The notes beneath the pieces were generated by a model that saw nothing but the letters and a program-made list of their open reading frames with translations, had not been told where the DNA came from and ran no database searches. A program made the position numbers and the translations under genes. From Candidatus Binatia bacterium (GTDB lineage Bacteria > Desulfobacterota > Binatia > Bin18), in NCBI GenBank assembly GCA_963666315.2, contig CAXXHG010000038.1:64001-128000 (forward strand): 64,000 nucleotides of DNA, given 5' to 3'. Positions 20,368 through 31,080 of the stretch are shown one piece after another (the first letter of the stretch is position 1; each line of letters starts with the position of its first letter).

Positions 20368-20826
20368 ATGGCTTTTATTGTTGACATCGGAGATCGGGTA
20401 TCCCTCAGCGAGAAGTCGATTCTTGACTTAGACGGTGGATTTCGTGTCGAGGGTCCGGACTCAGGTCGGGTGATCGATATCTCGGTTGGCATGGACCTGG
20501 TGGCTGTTGAATGGGACGGGGCACAGTTCCGGGGCTGGTACGATGTTGAAACCCTCTCCCGCGTGGTAACCGTGAACGAGCTGCAGCCCCGGGAAACGCA
20601 GCGTCTTGCCCAAGAGGAGATGCTGCGCTTTGCCTCGATTCAAGATTTACTGACGCGCCTTGGATTTATCGAAGATCAACAATACGCCTGTCTGCGACAT
20701 CCTCACGATGCGCACGTTGTTGAATTTGATCAAATCGCGGGTCAGTCACTGACTGCATTTGTCACCGGTGGACTGCAAAAGGGGTGGCTGCGAAAGTATA
20801 GACGAGAGTCTCCCTCGCATTCCTGA
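20368..20826 (+). CDS. Hypothetical protein
   Basis: 152-aa ORF divergent from the amidase. Confidence 0.55.
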   Translation: MAFIVDIGDRVSLSEKSILDLDGGFRVEGPDSGRVIDISVGMDLVAVEWDGAQFRGWYDVETLSRVVTVNELQPRETQRLAQEEMLRFASIQDLLTRLGFIEDQQYACLRHPHDAHVVEFDQIAGQSLTAFVTGGLQKGWLRKYRRESPSHS

Positions 20827-20973
20827 AGACAACAGCCGGCATGGGGATCCTGGTATTCATCGCCTGTCAACCTGGCAACAGACTCCCCCTGGCACACAGG
20901 TTAGACACATTTCACATACGGGGCGCTGGTATGCTAGGATTGCGACCAAGAGGATGAGGTGGAGGGTGGATTG

Positions 20974-21537
20974 ATGCAGTTGCTCCTGTGGGTTCTTTGT
21001 TTTTCTCTTTCTTCGGTATTTGGCTGTGCGACGCTCCTGGCCAAATCGCACGAGACCAATGTATCTAAGCGTGAAACCTTTGCCGACGCGCGCAAGGCGT
21101 AGGAGATAATTATCCCGTATTAGACGTTGACCTCCGACCTCAAAGAATTAGGTCTCGATCCGTATTCCAATCCGAATATGACGATACGCAGTTACCGTGA
21201 AGTCCTGCACGCCTTCATGCTGGCGAATTCCAATATTACGGTCGAGCACTTGCCGGAAGGGGTTCAGGAGTGCCTTCAGGTCCGCGAGCGTTGTGCGTCG
21301 TATGAGGTTGAACTCGGACGACTGCAAACGAAGCGAGAAGGCAATGTGCTGCTCGACATGCTCCGTTTCACCCGCCATCGCACCATAACGGGCTGGAGCT
21401 TCATTCCCCAAATTGTCACGATTGATGATCGAGTCGTGTACAAGTTGTGGAGCGGAACGCCACAAAGTGTGAAGAAGAAACACGAGATCAATCCCCTCGG
21501 TCCCCTCCAAGATCCCTATAAATTCTTTCGATTTTAG
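20974..21537 (+). pseudogene. Lipoprotein-like gene with two in-frame TAG stops
   Basis: GGAGG RBS, lipobox VFGC, TAG at 21100 and 21121, in frame with ORF 21127-21537. Confidence 0.6.
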
Positions 21538-22278
21538 GTTTGTCCCTCGGCCAGCATAACGGTCGTAAGGTGAGGCATTTTTTGTCCTTCACGCAGGCAT
21601 CCTTGCGGACGCTCTTTACGAATTCTGTCTCATGGGACACAAAAGAACTACTAAAGGGGGTTAGTGTGATACTAGGGAATGAAAGTAGCCAGGATGGGAG
21701 TTTCGCCATTAACAGACTCGAATGGGCGTTCTCAGGAGTATGCGGTGGGCGGGCTGTCCAAACAAGACGTGGGCCTCTCCCGATATCTCTCACCTTTTAA
21801 GGTCCAGGTGACTCTTGGGGCGTACACCGGAGAGCTGGTTGAACCTGTCGATGGAGGAGCCACTGTCTCCGCCCAGCTAGAGGGGAATCAGGTCGTTGCT
21901 ACGGTTAGCTGATTTCGAGCTCAGCAGGGAATCGGCTCCCCCCGACCAAGAACGTGTACCGTTCCCGTCATCGCAAATCCCTCGCTCGCCACGGTGAGAG
22001 AAATCAACGGAGCTGTTGTCCTTCAAGCGCCGCCGTAGGGCACTATAGCGAAGCCCAGAAATAGTTAGACAATGGTGGGTAGCTTTGCCATGTCAGCGGG
22101 ATGCGATGCTTATCGGTTTTACGTAAGCGAGTGCCCGCCTCTATCGTAGCGTGTCTAAATAATCATGGGTTCAGCTATAGCAGTCCAATTTCGTCCCCAA
22201 ATCGCCATTCGGCCAGCCCGAAGCCCGTGGAAAGGCGCCGAGACCAATCTTCATTAGAGTCCTTAAGTCCCTGAAAAG

Positions 22279-22819
22279 AAAAGTGGAGCCGATGAGAATT
22301 GAACTCACGACCTCTAGAGTGCGATTGCAGCGGTACCAAGATCACCGAGTGTGACTGAGCATGAGGGAGAGATATGGAGGAGATCAAGAACCTCTGATTT
22401 GCTAGGAGGTTATGTCCTCTCTTCTATCACTGAGTGCTATCCAGGATGATTAAGGTCTACGTCGTGTACTGGCAGCAAATACGGCAGCAACGGTACTTGA
22501 GTGGCAGCAAATGTGGCAGCAAAAATTCCGGCTTTTCTGTAGCCTTTCGCCTCCCGGATAATCGCTCCGACCCACCCGTCACCTTACGGTCGCCTTTCTT
22601 GGTGGGGCCAGGACTCACTCGCTCAATGAAACGGGACAAGACAATTTTCCTCCCCCCTGCCGGAACACGGCTTACGCGCTGCTGGGCAGATGAACAGACA
22701 CCGATTCAGCGAGGGCCCTTAGTATAGGTCAAGCCGGGATCGTGCTGCACAGGCCAAATATGGCGGTCAGTCCATACGAGCTGGTGAAGCTGTCCAGGAG
22801 GACCCTCGGGGGTAAAGCC
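22279..22819 (+). repeat. About 540-bp direct repeat copy 1 (att core plus element end)
   Basis: Near-identical to 45540-46077. Confidence 0.95.
22283..22326 (-). tRNA. tRNA-Ala(CGC) 3' half only (att site, not an intact tRNA)
   Basis: AATCGCACTCTAGAGGTCGTGAGTTCAATTCTCATCGGCTCCAC: anticodon loop, T arm and acceptor 3' strand; 5' half absent. Confidence 0.85.
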
Positions 22820-23011
22820 ATGTCGAAACTTTAGACACCGATATGTCTGTATTCGGGACGACAAATGTGTAATACTCGTCGCGCTCGTCTCGCCGCTCGT
22901 TTGGAGGGTGTCCCTTGGCGAAATATACGATCATGAGGGTCGAATTACCGGGTCTGACGTTAGAGTATGTTCCTCTCCCCGTTGTCCGGGGTTTCAAAGG
23001 TTTGGGAGCCA

Positions 23012-23257
23012 ATGACAGATTCCTTAACGTGCCCTAAATGTGGCGCAGACTATCCAATGGACACGGGTATTTTTGATTATCTCAGTGAATGCCTTCGCCC
23101 TGGCGCCACCACCGTCTGCCTTTCCTGTCACGTCTTTCTCCGTATGGATGACGGTGTTTTGGTTCGATTCACCGCAGAAGAAATGGAGGTATTCTGGAAA
23201 TCTTTTATGAAAGTTCCTTCCGGGAAAATTGACTATGAAGACCCTAACGTGCCCTAA
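23012..23257 (+). CDS. Small zinc-ribbon protein
   Basis: GGAG RBS; CPKC...CLSC. Confidence 0.55.
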   Translation: MTDSLTCPKCGADYPMDTGIFDYLSECLRPGATTVCLSCHVFLRMDDGVLVRFTAEEMEVFWKSFMKVPSGKIDYEDPNVP

Positions 23258-23903
23258 ATGTGGCGCAGACCATCCAAGTGAATACCTTCGCCCTGGCACC
23301 ACCACCGTTTGCCTTTCCTGCAAAGTCTTCTGCCACTTAAATGATGGGTTTTTATGGACGGATGACAGCGACTTAGGCCGAAGAAGGAGGCAAGTAGTAG
23401 AGCGCTTTTTTCTAGTACACGCCATCACTGACGAAACTGTTAGCCACTATGGTGAATGGTATTTTGATTCGGCAACAAAGGAGCGAAGACCCCGAGATTT
23501 TCGTGGACGTTGGCAAGGCTTAGGTTGGGCAAAAACGCCGCACTCGTCACGAGAAGTAAACACAGAGAGCTGGGCGGAAGCATTTTCGTTCAGAGAATTC
23601 GGCGGGAAGCGTGCACAGGCGCATCCTTATGTGCGAGATCAAGCACGGATGTTGGATGTACTTTTCCATCCTGACTTTCTTGAATTTTCCGATGCTGAGC
23701 TTACCAAGCTGCTGGGCGAATGGCATGATGAAGCCAAGCACACGTTAGTTGAGGGGGGCCACAACCATGGACGATATAGAAGAAAGGAATTGATGAAATG
23801 GAGAGAGTCAGAAGCGGAGTGCGGTTATGACGAAGAACCGGGTAAAGACGACGACAACATATATGGAAAACTTGCGCCCGAAGATCATCTTGACTGGAGG
23901 TAA
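23235..23903 (+). CDS. Zinc-ribbon protein (N-terminus paralogous to the preceding ORF)
   Basis: CPKC...CLSC; later NTESWAEAF motif. Confidence 0.6.
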   Translation: MKTLTCPKCGADHPSEYLRPGTTTVCLSCKVFCHLNDGFLWTDDSDLGRRRRQVVERFFLVHAITDETVSHYGEWYFDSATKERRPRDFRGRWQGLGWAKTPHSSREVNTESWAEAFSFREFGGKRAQAHPYVRDQARMLDVLFHPDFLEFSDAELTKLLGEWHDEAKHTLVEGGHNHGRYRRKELMKWRESEAECGYDEEPGKDDDNIYGKLAPEDHLDWR

Positions 23904-23908
23904 TACCA

Positions 23909-24214
23909 ATGTTCAATCCACCAATGGGTTATGACTGCGTACACTTTGACGAAGAGGCGGAGCTTTCAACTACAAAATCATCGCCTCGCTGCGCTGCGTT
24001 TGATCATATTCCTGCCGATATTTGGCTTAGTCAGTTTGATCATCGTAATGAGACAGAAGGCGATAACGGAGTTCAGTTCGAACCGAAAAAAGGAAAATTT
24101 GCAAATCGTAGCCAGTCTCACTTTCTGTTAGGCTCACCAGACGCGCCTGTACCGCCAGGTTTCAACCCTGACGGTTCTCCACAAGCCCCCATGGACCCGC
24201 GTGCTGACTACTGA
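23909..24214 (+). CDS. Small Cys/His protein (C-x-AF..IP..I...DH...GDNG.QFEP family)
   Basis: GGAGGT RBS; CAAFDHIPADIWLSQFDHRNETEGDNGVQFEP. Confidence 0.65.
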   Translation: MFNPPMGYDCVHFDEEAELSTTKSSPRCAAFDHIPADIWLSQFDHRNETEGDNGVQFEPKKGKFANRSQSHFLLGSPDAPVPPGFNPDGSPQAPMDPRADY

Positions 24215-24434
24215 TGGCCCATACCTATCCTGCCAAAAGCCCGCTAGCGATACACTTCCGCAAACCCAAAGACCAGGGCTACGTTGGCAAATCGGCGATC
24301 CGGAATTCGACAAAGACCTGGGACGCTGTCCGGAGTGCAACGGGACCCAGGTGTCCGTCTGGGATGACCCCTATCCATGTCCGAAGTGTGCCAAGCCTAT
24401 GCCGCGTGGTGTCCCAGAACTGGATTGGGACTGA
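24214..24434 (+). pseudogene. Double CxxC protein ending in WD, frame-disrupted N-terminus
   Basis: CPEC...CPKC...LDWD; the coupled ATG at 24214 is out of frame with the C-terminus. Confidence 0.45.
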
Positions 24435-24657
24435 AAGGGAACCGACGGTGTGTTCCGCGTGACGTAGCCACACTGAGCATTGTCTAGGAAAAACATTCGT
24501 ATTGTCCACGTCCCAGATGAAGACTTCGCCGCAGTCACACTACACCTTGAGGAGAGGGGGCCTGCGTGCCAGGGAACAACGCTGCGGTCGAAAAGAGGCT
24601 GTACACTACTACCTACTAATTTCCGGCCCGAAATCTACCTCTAACGCCGCATGATCG

Positions 24658-24849
24658 CTCAACCTGGAACTGGCGAAAAAACCGCCGGCCTGCCTGGAGT
24701 ATATTATTGTCCACGAATTAGCGCACCTGATTGAGCCGAGTCACAATAGTCGATTCACCGCCGTACTGGATCGCTTCCTTCCGCACTGGCAGCAACAGCG
24801 GGATGAGCTGAAACGGCTGCCGGTGCGGCATGAGGAGTGGGGATATTAA
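24658..24849 (+). pseudogene. YgjP/M48-like metallopeptidase C-terminal fragment
   Basis: LNLELAKKPPACLEYIIVHELAHLIEPSHNSRF...RHEEWGY*; no N-terminus. Confidence 0.85.
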
Positions 24850-24926
24850 GCGGAGCAACCGTCTCAATTCATAGGTCCATTGAAGCTGAGCACATCAATG
24901 CTTAGTTTAAGAGTAGGAGGAGAGAG

Positions 24927-25287
24927 AATGACGAAGCCCGTCCAGGATTCGCTTACCAGCAAAGACGGAAGGCTTAGCGAACAGTCCACCACCATACCTT
25001 CGGGGAAGGGGAACGGACCGGCGAGCCGTCCCGGTTTAGCAAAGTTCCCCAGCTCAGTGGAGATGGGACCCAAGAAGTTCGGGGAGTGGGTAGAGCAGCA
25101 GATTCTCAAGAATCTCAAGAACCCGGCGCGCCACTACCCGGAGGAGGGCCAGGAGCCGGAACGAGTCCATTCACAAAGGCAGTTAGGATTGGAGGCGCCT
25201 GCCATGCCAGAACACGGTTCTATGTCGAAGATGAGACCGATGTGGGGACTGGCAACCACCCGAGGAGGTATCGACCATGCCACGTAA
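24927..25287 (+). CDS. Hypothetical protein
   Basis: Strong AGGAGG RBS before ATG 24927. Confidence 0.45.
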
Positions 25288-25519
25288 ACACTACATCACC
25301 CCGCCGGCAATGCGCCGAGAATTGGTGGCAAGGCAAAAGAAGGCGTTTGAGAAATATCAAGAATCAGGCGTCACCTGTTACGGGTACGGACCTCAGCCCG
25401 AAACGGAGATCGCCTGGTTGAAGGTCTGGGGCGAGCCAGTTCCGGACGACTTAATCGGCACGGCCACCCCGGCAGAGGAAGCGCGGGTGGCCAAGTGGAA
25501 GCGGAGGCATGCCCCATAG
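25277..25519 (+). CDS. Hypothetical protein
   Basis: GGAGGT RBS; 80 aa. Confidence 0.55.
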   Translation: MPRKHYITPPAMRRELVARQKKAFEKYQESGVTCYGYGPQPETEIAWLKVWGEPVPDDLIGTATPAEEARVAKWKRRHAP

Positions 25520-28500
25520 CTAGACCGTCTGCGCCAGCTCCAGATAGCGGCAGAAGCCGTTCGCCATCTTCATCTGATGCGGTGTTCTGCACTCCGGCTC
25601 AAACAGCGCAGGATTGCCGACCAAAATGCACAAAGCTCTCGCCCGCGACGTTGCGACGTTGAAGCGGTGGCGGTTGTAGAGAAACTCCATCCCTCGCGGT
25701 GCGTCTTCCGGACTGGAAGAGGTCATGGAGTAAATGACAACAGGCGCCTCCTGACCCTGGAAACGATCGACGGTGCCAATACGGTCTTTCAATTCTGGGA
25801 GCGCCTCGATCAACGCCGCCACCTGGGCATTATAGGGCGCGACGATGAGCAGGTCTTGCGCGGTCAGCTGAGAAACCTCGTTCTCTTTGTTTCGCCAGCT
25901 CGCCGTTTCCAACAGTTCCCTCACGATCTCGGCTATGGCGGCGACCTCCTCGAGCGATTTCGCCTGATTTCCTGTATGTGGTACGGCTACATAACGCAGG
26001 CCGGATCCAGAAAATCGCAACCCGTTTCCCTGCAGGGGAAGAATCGCCTGGTGCACCAGCTCTGGCCGGGCGGTGACTTTCCCTTCGTAATAAATCTCTG
26101 ACGTGAATCGGGCGATGTCTGGATGCAAGCGCCAGGTCTCACCGAGAAAGAGACCCTTATCCGGTGGCATCGTGTCTGCGCCGTCGAGCAGATGATACAG
26201 CGCGGACGCTTCGCTTCCTTCGGGATGACTGCTCTGGAGCGGTTGTTCGAGTTGCTGCGGGTCACCGAGCAATATCAGGCCTGTGCCTGCTGGGGATGCC
26301 GCCAGCACGTTACTCAATGTCATCTGACCGGCTTCATCAACGATCAGTACGTCCACACTTTGCTCGAATTCCGGCCGCGCCCAACACCACGGTGTCGCCC
26401 CGAGCACATCGATGCCGCCATCCCCAAGTTGGCTTCGAATCGCCGGATATGCGGTTTTTCGCTCGATACCCCACTTTCCCTCATATTCTCCGGATTGGCG
26501 GTGTATGGCACGCAGATCCACCCCTTGCTTCTCCGCGGCTTCCAGCGCGGTCTCCAACAGGTTGACGATGACTTTGTGACTGACCGCTGTAACGCCCACT
26601 TTCAGTCCGCGTCGCTTCAACTCACAGATCATCTGGCCGCCGGTGAATGTCTTCCCTGTTCCGGGCGGCCCCTGTATGGCGAGTACGTGTTCGTCGAGCC
26701 CTACGGCAAGTCGGCAGGCGGCCTCAACTGTCGTTTCATTCTGTTGTTGCAGGACACCGTGCTCGTCGACCAAGGGAGATGACCGCCTGAGCAACAATTC
26801 GATAGCGGACTTGTACGGGCTCGGTGCAGCAAGGCCGCATGCCAATACGGCTTCGCCCAGTCGCATCAAGGACCGTTGGAGCGGCTCCGCATTGACCCGG
26901 CTGTGGAATACGACGGCAGTCGGATGCGTATCTGCGGTGGCCTTGGATTTTTGAATGTCTATCGTCCGTTCCGAGTAATTGATGTCAGTGACTCCGCCGA
27001 GTCTCTTGTTGTTATCGAAGGAGATGTCGTCGCCTCGCCGGACATCCAGTTCCTGTGTAGGAAATTGATAGCGTTGTAGCGGGGCTGGCTTCGGGTCGAG
27101 TACCTCGCGGAAGGTGAGGCCGATTAACGCCCGCCGCTCATCGGCATAGTCGCTCTCCTCTAGCTCACGGACCCGAAAGTATTCCCACCAGCCCGCTTTG
27201 GCCTCCCGCCGGTGGAACTCCATCATATGCGCGAGTATAAACCGCGCCTGATGCTCGGCAGATCGCTCCTCGGGGTTAAGTGGAACAGCGTCGAGGAGGC
27301 CGTCTCGCAATCGCTGCAATTCGCGGTCGAGCTCGCTGATCTTCTCCGAAGCTTCGTCGTCCTGCGCCGCCGGTCGCGGGAGTTTATGTCCTTTCCCGAT
27401 GACCCCTGCCCGCAGGTGTTCGAGCCAATCCCGTAGGCGCTGAGCCGATTCGCAATCCTCGCGGTTGTAGTCCTCGACAACGCGCCGATGTTCGTCGAAC
27501 GTCTCGTCCATGTCACCCGCCTCGATGGCATGTTCGATGATTCGGCGGCTCAGTGAGGCGTCCCGCAAATCCTGCTGGCGCGCATACCCAAAGAATGGCT
27601 CTAGGTCCTTGATGGAGTAGCGTTCGACACCCGCGAGTAAGGCGTGTTTGACCACGGGGTAGAGATCCACGAACGCCTGGCCCCGGAGCAGCCGATCGAG
27701 CTCGACCTCCCGCGTCGCGAATCGCCCCATGAGTCGTTTGAGAGCCGTCGGTTCATACGGGGCGAAGTGGTAGATGTGCGCGTCCGGGTTGCGTTCTCGG
27801 ACCTCGGTCGCCGTATCCATGAAGCGCTCAAACGCGTGCCGCTCTTCTTCGAGCGTCCCGGCCCAGAGCGGCGTATACAGGTCCTTGCCGTTCGATCCTC
27901 GCGTGACATACCCGGTCAGATACTCCTGGACGCCGTGCTCCGTGAAATGATTGCCCTCAAAGTCGAGAAAAATGTCATCGGCAGTGGGAGACGGCAGTAA
28001 TGCGAGACCGTGCTCCGCATCAAAGGGTTCTTTCAGTTCGTAATAGGGCGCCTTTCGCTCCCGCCCCACATACTGCACTCGCGCCTGATCACGCACCCGT
28101 GTTAGGGCTTCCTTTGAGCCGTGCGGCGGATCTGGAATGTCCTTAGTCTGTGCCAGTGCGCCGAGGCGATCCACACCTATCGATCGCAGGCTTTTTATCT
28201 GACTCTTGGTGATCCCGGCCACATAACACAGTTGGTCGTCGCGCCGCCGCCGCTGCTCGCACGTCTTCCACCACGCACACAAGTCGCAGTGGGAGACGAG
28301 CTCCGGATAGGTCTCCTCGGGCTCTCGGATGAACTCACCAATACCGTTCTCCAGCAGGCGGAAATACGCAGCATACTCATCGACCCGGTACGGCAAGGGC
28401 TCGAAGTCATTGCCCGGCGTGACCACGTACATATTCTCGGGCCGGACGCCCTGCATCTTTCCAAGTAGATAGGAGTACACGCACAGTTGCAGGATCGTAC

Positions 28501-28939
28501 CCGCCCTCGTCTCGCGAGCCAGCTTTGTATCGATCACTGCGTAGGACCAGTCTCCGAGGTCGCTAGGTGTATCGATTTTCCGAAGGAAGTCAGCCTGGCC
28601 GCGCCAGGCATCATCCGCCAGCACGGCCTGGTAGATGATGTCTGTGCCGTCGCGCATTGCGGCAAGGGTTCCCGCTACGCCGGACGGCGAATCCACATGA
28701 TCCCCGTCAGGATTGTCCATATCGGCGATGGAGCATCCTTGATCGCGTAAATACTCCAGGTACTGTTCCTCGTGCGCCTGACCCCGCTCTCGGAGTTCGT
28801 CCATGAACGGTCCATAGCGAACAGGCCGTTTTGCCAATCCATTGGCTGCACGCAAATCGAGTGAAGACAGATGCCGGCAACTGAGGAAGTTGCCCAGATC
28901 TGTCGGGGCGAGAGAGATTCTGTCGGATCTCCTATGCAT
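25520..28939 (-). CDS. TM0106-family RecB-like nuclease / RNase H-like / SF1 (DNA2/NAM7-like) helicase
   Basis: GQADFL..DTK, FLDFEG, QGPPGTGKT, DEAGQ, GDPQQL, TVDRFQGQE, NVATSRAR motifs. Confidence 0.92.
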   Translation of the reverse strand: MHRRSDRISLAPTDLGNFLSCRHLSSLDLRAANGLAKRPVRYGPFMDELRERGQAHEEQYLEYLRDQGCSIADMDNPDGDHVDSPSGVAGTLAAMRDGTDIIYQAVLADDAWRGQADFLRKIDTPSDLGDWSYAVIDTKLARETRAGTILQLCVYSYLLGKMQGVRPENMYVVTPGNDFEPLPYRVDEYAAYFRLLENGIGEFIREPEETYPELVSHCDLCAWWKTCEQRRRRDDQLCYVAGITKSQIKSLRSIGVDRLGALAQTKDIPDPPHGSKEALTRVRDQARVQYVGRERKAPYYELKEPFDAEHGLALLPSPTADDIFLDFEGNHFTEHGVQEYLTGYVTRGSNGKDLYTPLWAGTLEEERHAFERFMDTATEVRERNPDAHIYHFAPYEPTALKRLMGRFATREVELDRLLRGQAFVDLYPVVKHALLAGVERYSIKDLEPFFGYARQQDLRDASLSRRIIEHAIEAGDMDETFDEHRRVVEDYNREDCESAQRLRDWLEHLRAGVIGKGHKLPRPAAQDDEASEKISELDRELQRLRDGLLDAVPLNPEERSAEHQARFILAHMMEFHRREAKAGWWEYFRVRELEESDYADERRALIGLTFREVLDPKPAPLQRYQFPTQELDVRRGDDISFDNNKRLGGVTDINYSERTIDIQKSKATADTHPTAVVFHSRVNAEPLQRSLMRLGEAVLACGLAAPSPYKSAIELLLRRSSPLVDEHGVLQQQNETTVEAACRLAVGLDEHVLAIQGPPGTGKTFTGGQMICELKRRGLKVGVTAVSHKVIVNLLETALEAAEKQGVDLRAIHRQSGEYEGKWGIERKTAYPAIRSQLGDGGIDVLGATPWCWARPEFEQSVDVLIVDEAGQMTLSNVLAASPAGTGLILLGDPQQLEQPLQSSHPEGSEASALYHLLDGADTMPPDKGLFLGETWRLHPDIARFTSEIYYEGKVTARPELVHQAILPLQGNGLRFSGSGLRYVAVPHTGNQAKSLEEVAAIAEIVRELLETASWRNKENEVSQLTAQDLLIVAPYNAQVAALIEALPELKDRIGTVDRFQGQEAPVVIYSMTSSSPEDAPRGMEFLYNRHRFNVATSRARALCILVGNPALFEPECRTPHQMKMANGFCRYLELAQTV

Positions 28940-29085
28940 GGGACTCCTATAACGCGAGCAAAGCCCTCTTCCTTAACGTGGCGGGTCAAGGGAGCCAAGG
29001 CGCCAGAAGGGCCGCACAATTCTCGTTCCGAAGGCAGGCTTGGGCATGTCCCGTCGTCCCGTATTCCGCCCGACCTTTCGCTCCA

Positions 29086-29646
29086 TCACTCAAGCAATGC
29101 TTTCAGCAATGCGTCCGGCGTATCCGAATAAAATTGGATGTTGACCCGCGTTGCCATGTCGTCGGAGAGTTCGTACAGCTGTTTGCGCGCCGCTACCGGC
29201 ATGAGCACCGTCTCCGCCCCCTTGTCGACAGCGACTTCGACGATCCCGACGGCATTCGCCAACGGTTCCACTGACCCGCCCAGGTTTAATGCGCCGACCA
29301 CGATCAGGCCGCCCTTCGTACTCTTCTCCAGTAGGCCGCTGCAAAGGGCCAGTAACGCCGGCAAGCCAAGGCCTGTACCAGCGCGGTCATTGTCCATAGC
29401 ACGGATCTGCACAGAGAACTCGTGCGCGCGCGGGTCTTTGTCACCAACAAGTTCCCTTGAACGGGTATAGAGGTTCTGCTCGGCATAGCGGGCACTCTCG
29501 CGAAATGCCGGCGGTACTGGGGCATTCAGTATTTTGACACCGCTGCCCCGGCCTACCGTCACTTCTAGGCGATAGAGGCTGGCCCCCGGCTCCGGCCCAC
29601 CCGGACTGATTCCCCATACCTGTCCTGGCGGCAGCGGGTCAGGCTC
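29086..29646 (-). pseudogene. brxL: BREX Lon-like protease BrxL, C-terminal fragment
   Basis: DPLPPGQVW...LYRLEV...LNLGGSVE...KGA..VLMPV..RKQL...FYSD. Confidence 0.8.
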
Positions 29647-29963
29647 ACATGATCGGGCTTCTGGGCATCCTTCAATTTGTTACTCTCCAGTCTGCTTCAA
29701 GCACGCGGGTGCTTGGCACCGATGGGCCAGCGGAGCACGTTGCGGAAAGAGTAAATGGAACACCAGCGAAATCAAGAGGTCGATGGCCTGTCTCTTGATT
29801 GTTGCCATCGCCGTTTTTCTGTGGGGTACGAGACGCGTCGAGAACCTGCCTTCGCCTTTGACGAAGCCACAATGGTACAGCACACGCTCTAGGTACTCCT
29901 TGAGAACGAAGGCGTTCCGCATTCCCAATAAACAGACCCGCGCATGGACTGCTCAGCATGACG

Positions 29964-30989
29964 TCAGCTATTTTTCGCAGCGCCCACCGCTCGTCGAATC
30001 ATGTTGTCCACGGCGGGCGAGCAGTGGACAGGTATGAGGCTTACATCCGGGTGCGAGCGGGCGAAGACACGGAAAAGCTCGTCTGCAAAAGCTTGCCCGA
30101 TGGTCGAGATTCCCTGGAAGTCCAGCTCCACGCGCCTAAACATCTCAAAACGGTAGGAAACACGACGGGCCTGGGAACGCGAGACCAGAACGTGACCTTC
30201 CTGCTGAGCCAAGTGTAGCGGCACCACAGTCTTGTCGAAGCTGTACTCCTCCGGGTCCGAGTACGCGTCGAAAACGTCGCTCGTGGTCCGCTCGCTTTGA
30301 TTGCCCAGCCGAAGACGGACGATTGTACCACCGGCGGAGTCACCCTCCTCTTCATCGAACCTATCGAAGGAGTGTTCTGAGTGGCGAAACCGCAGCCGCC
30401 CCGACTCAATGTCGAATGCATCCATAACCCGCGAAGTGAAGAAGATACCTTCACCGGAATGGTTCTCCGGCGCGGTTGTCAGCTTGCCTTTGGCCAGTTC
30501 AAGAATCGCCTCCCGCGGGTCACTCAGCCCCAGAATTCGCTGGATCTTCAGAAAGATGCCCTCCCCATCGTCGCGGACTGTCACTTCCGTGTGGAGCGCA
30601 TCCCGGCGAACGCCCACATGGACCTGGCTGGACCCGGAGTGCTCGATCGCGTTGTTGATCATCTCGCTGGCAGCGTAGCGCCAACTATTCTGGACATTGT
30701 GAGGCAAGTCTGCGATGACCGGGGATATGACCTGTGTCACTACTCGATCCTCCTCAAGGCCGTCGCACGCGAAGGAGTCGTGCCTATCGCTGAGCAGCTT
30801 CAGACTGTAGACGCACGCACGCGTCGCGCCCTCCACATTGACCATGCCGTCGCTGGCAAGGCGCTTTAAGTAGCCGTTAGCGACCTGCCGTGATACGCCG
30901 ATGGCAGACGCCAATCGAGGACCGAGGCGGCGGCCGTCCTCGAAAATAAGTTCCAAGGCTCGCAAACGGACGGAATTTTTGTCAGGCAT
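29964..30989 (-). CDS. HTH + HATPase + STAS-like (DUF4325) protein
   Basis: GVSRQVAN HTH; EMINNAIEHS, DDGEGI, SGEGIFF; SRSQARR..LDFQGI..IGQAFADE. Confidence 0.88.
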   Translation of the reverse strand: MPDKNSVRLRALELIFEDGRRLGPRLASAIGVSRQVANGYLKRLASDGMVNVEGATRACVYSLKLLSDRHDSFACDGLEEDRVVTQVISPVIADLPHNVQNSWRYAASEMINNAIEHSGSSQVHVGVRRDALHTEVTVRDDGEGIFLKIQRILGLSDPREAILELAKGKLTTAPENHSGEGIFFTSRVMDAFDIESGRLRFRHSEHSFDRFDEEEGDSAGGTIVRLRLGNQSERTTSDVFDAYSDPEEYSFDKTVVPLHLAQQEGHVLVSRSQARRVSYRFEMFRRVELDFQGISTIGQAFADELFRVFARSHPDVSLIPVHCSPAVDNMIRRAVGAAKNS

Positions 30990-31080
30990 AGTGGAAAAAT
31001 TTGTATCATTATTAGGTCCATATTGTCAAATTTCTTGAGTAATTTGGAAAGAAAATAGAAAGAATTAGCAAGGGTCGCTT

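Noticed and set aside
20974-21537. Pyrrolysine or TAG recoding of two in-frame TAG codons
   Set aside because: TAG terminates normal genes in this window and there is no pyl context. Pseudogenisation is simpler.
21679-21912. Integrase C-terminal remnant (VQVTLGAYT) left of the first att
   Set aside because: The resemblance is only a few residues, and the GH and HxLR motifs are absent.
22283-22360. Intact tRNA-Ala genes at either repeat copy
   Set aside because: The 5' acceptor strand, D arm and 5' anticodon-stem strand are missing, so no cloverleaf can form.
28972-29060. Integron attC-like sites (also near 48520 and 54250)
   Set aside because: TAAC/CAAC-type starts are present, but no matching GTTRRRY end with a full palindrome was found and there is no IntI. 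IntegronFinder would settle it.
29672-29959. PIN toxin gene downstream of the DUF4325 gene
   Set aside because: No PIN acidic motif is recognisable in the short ORFs.
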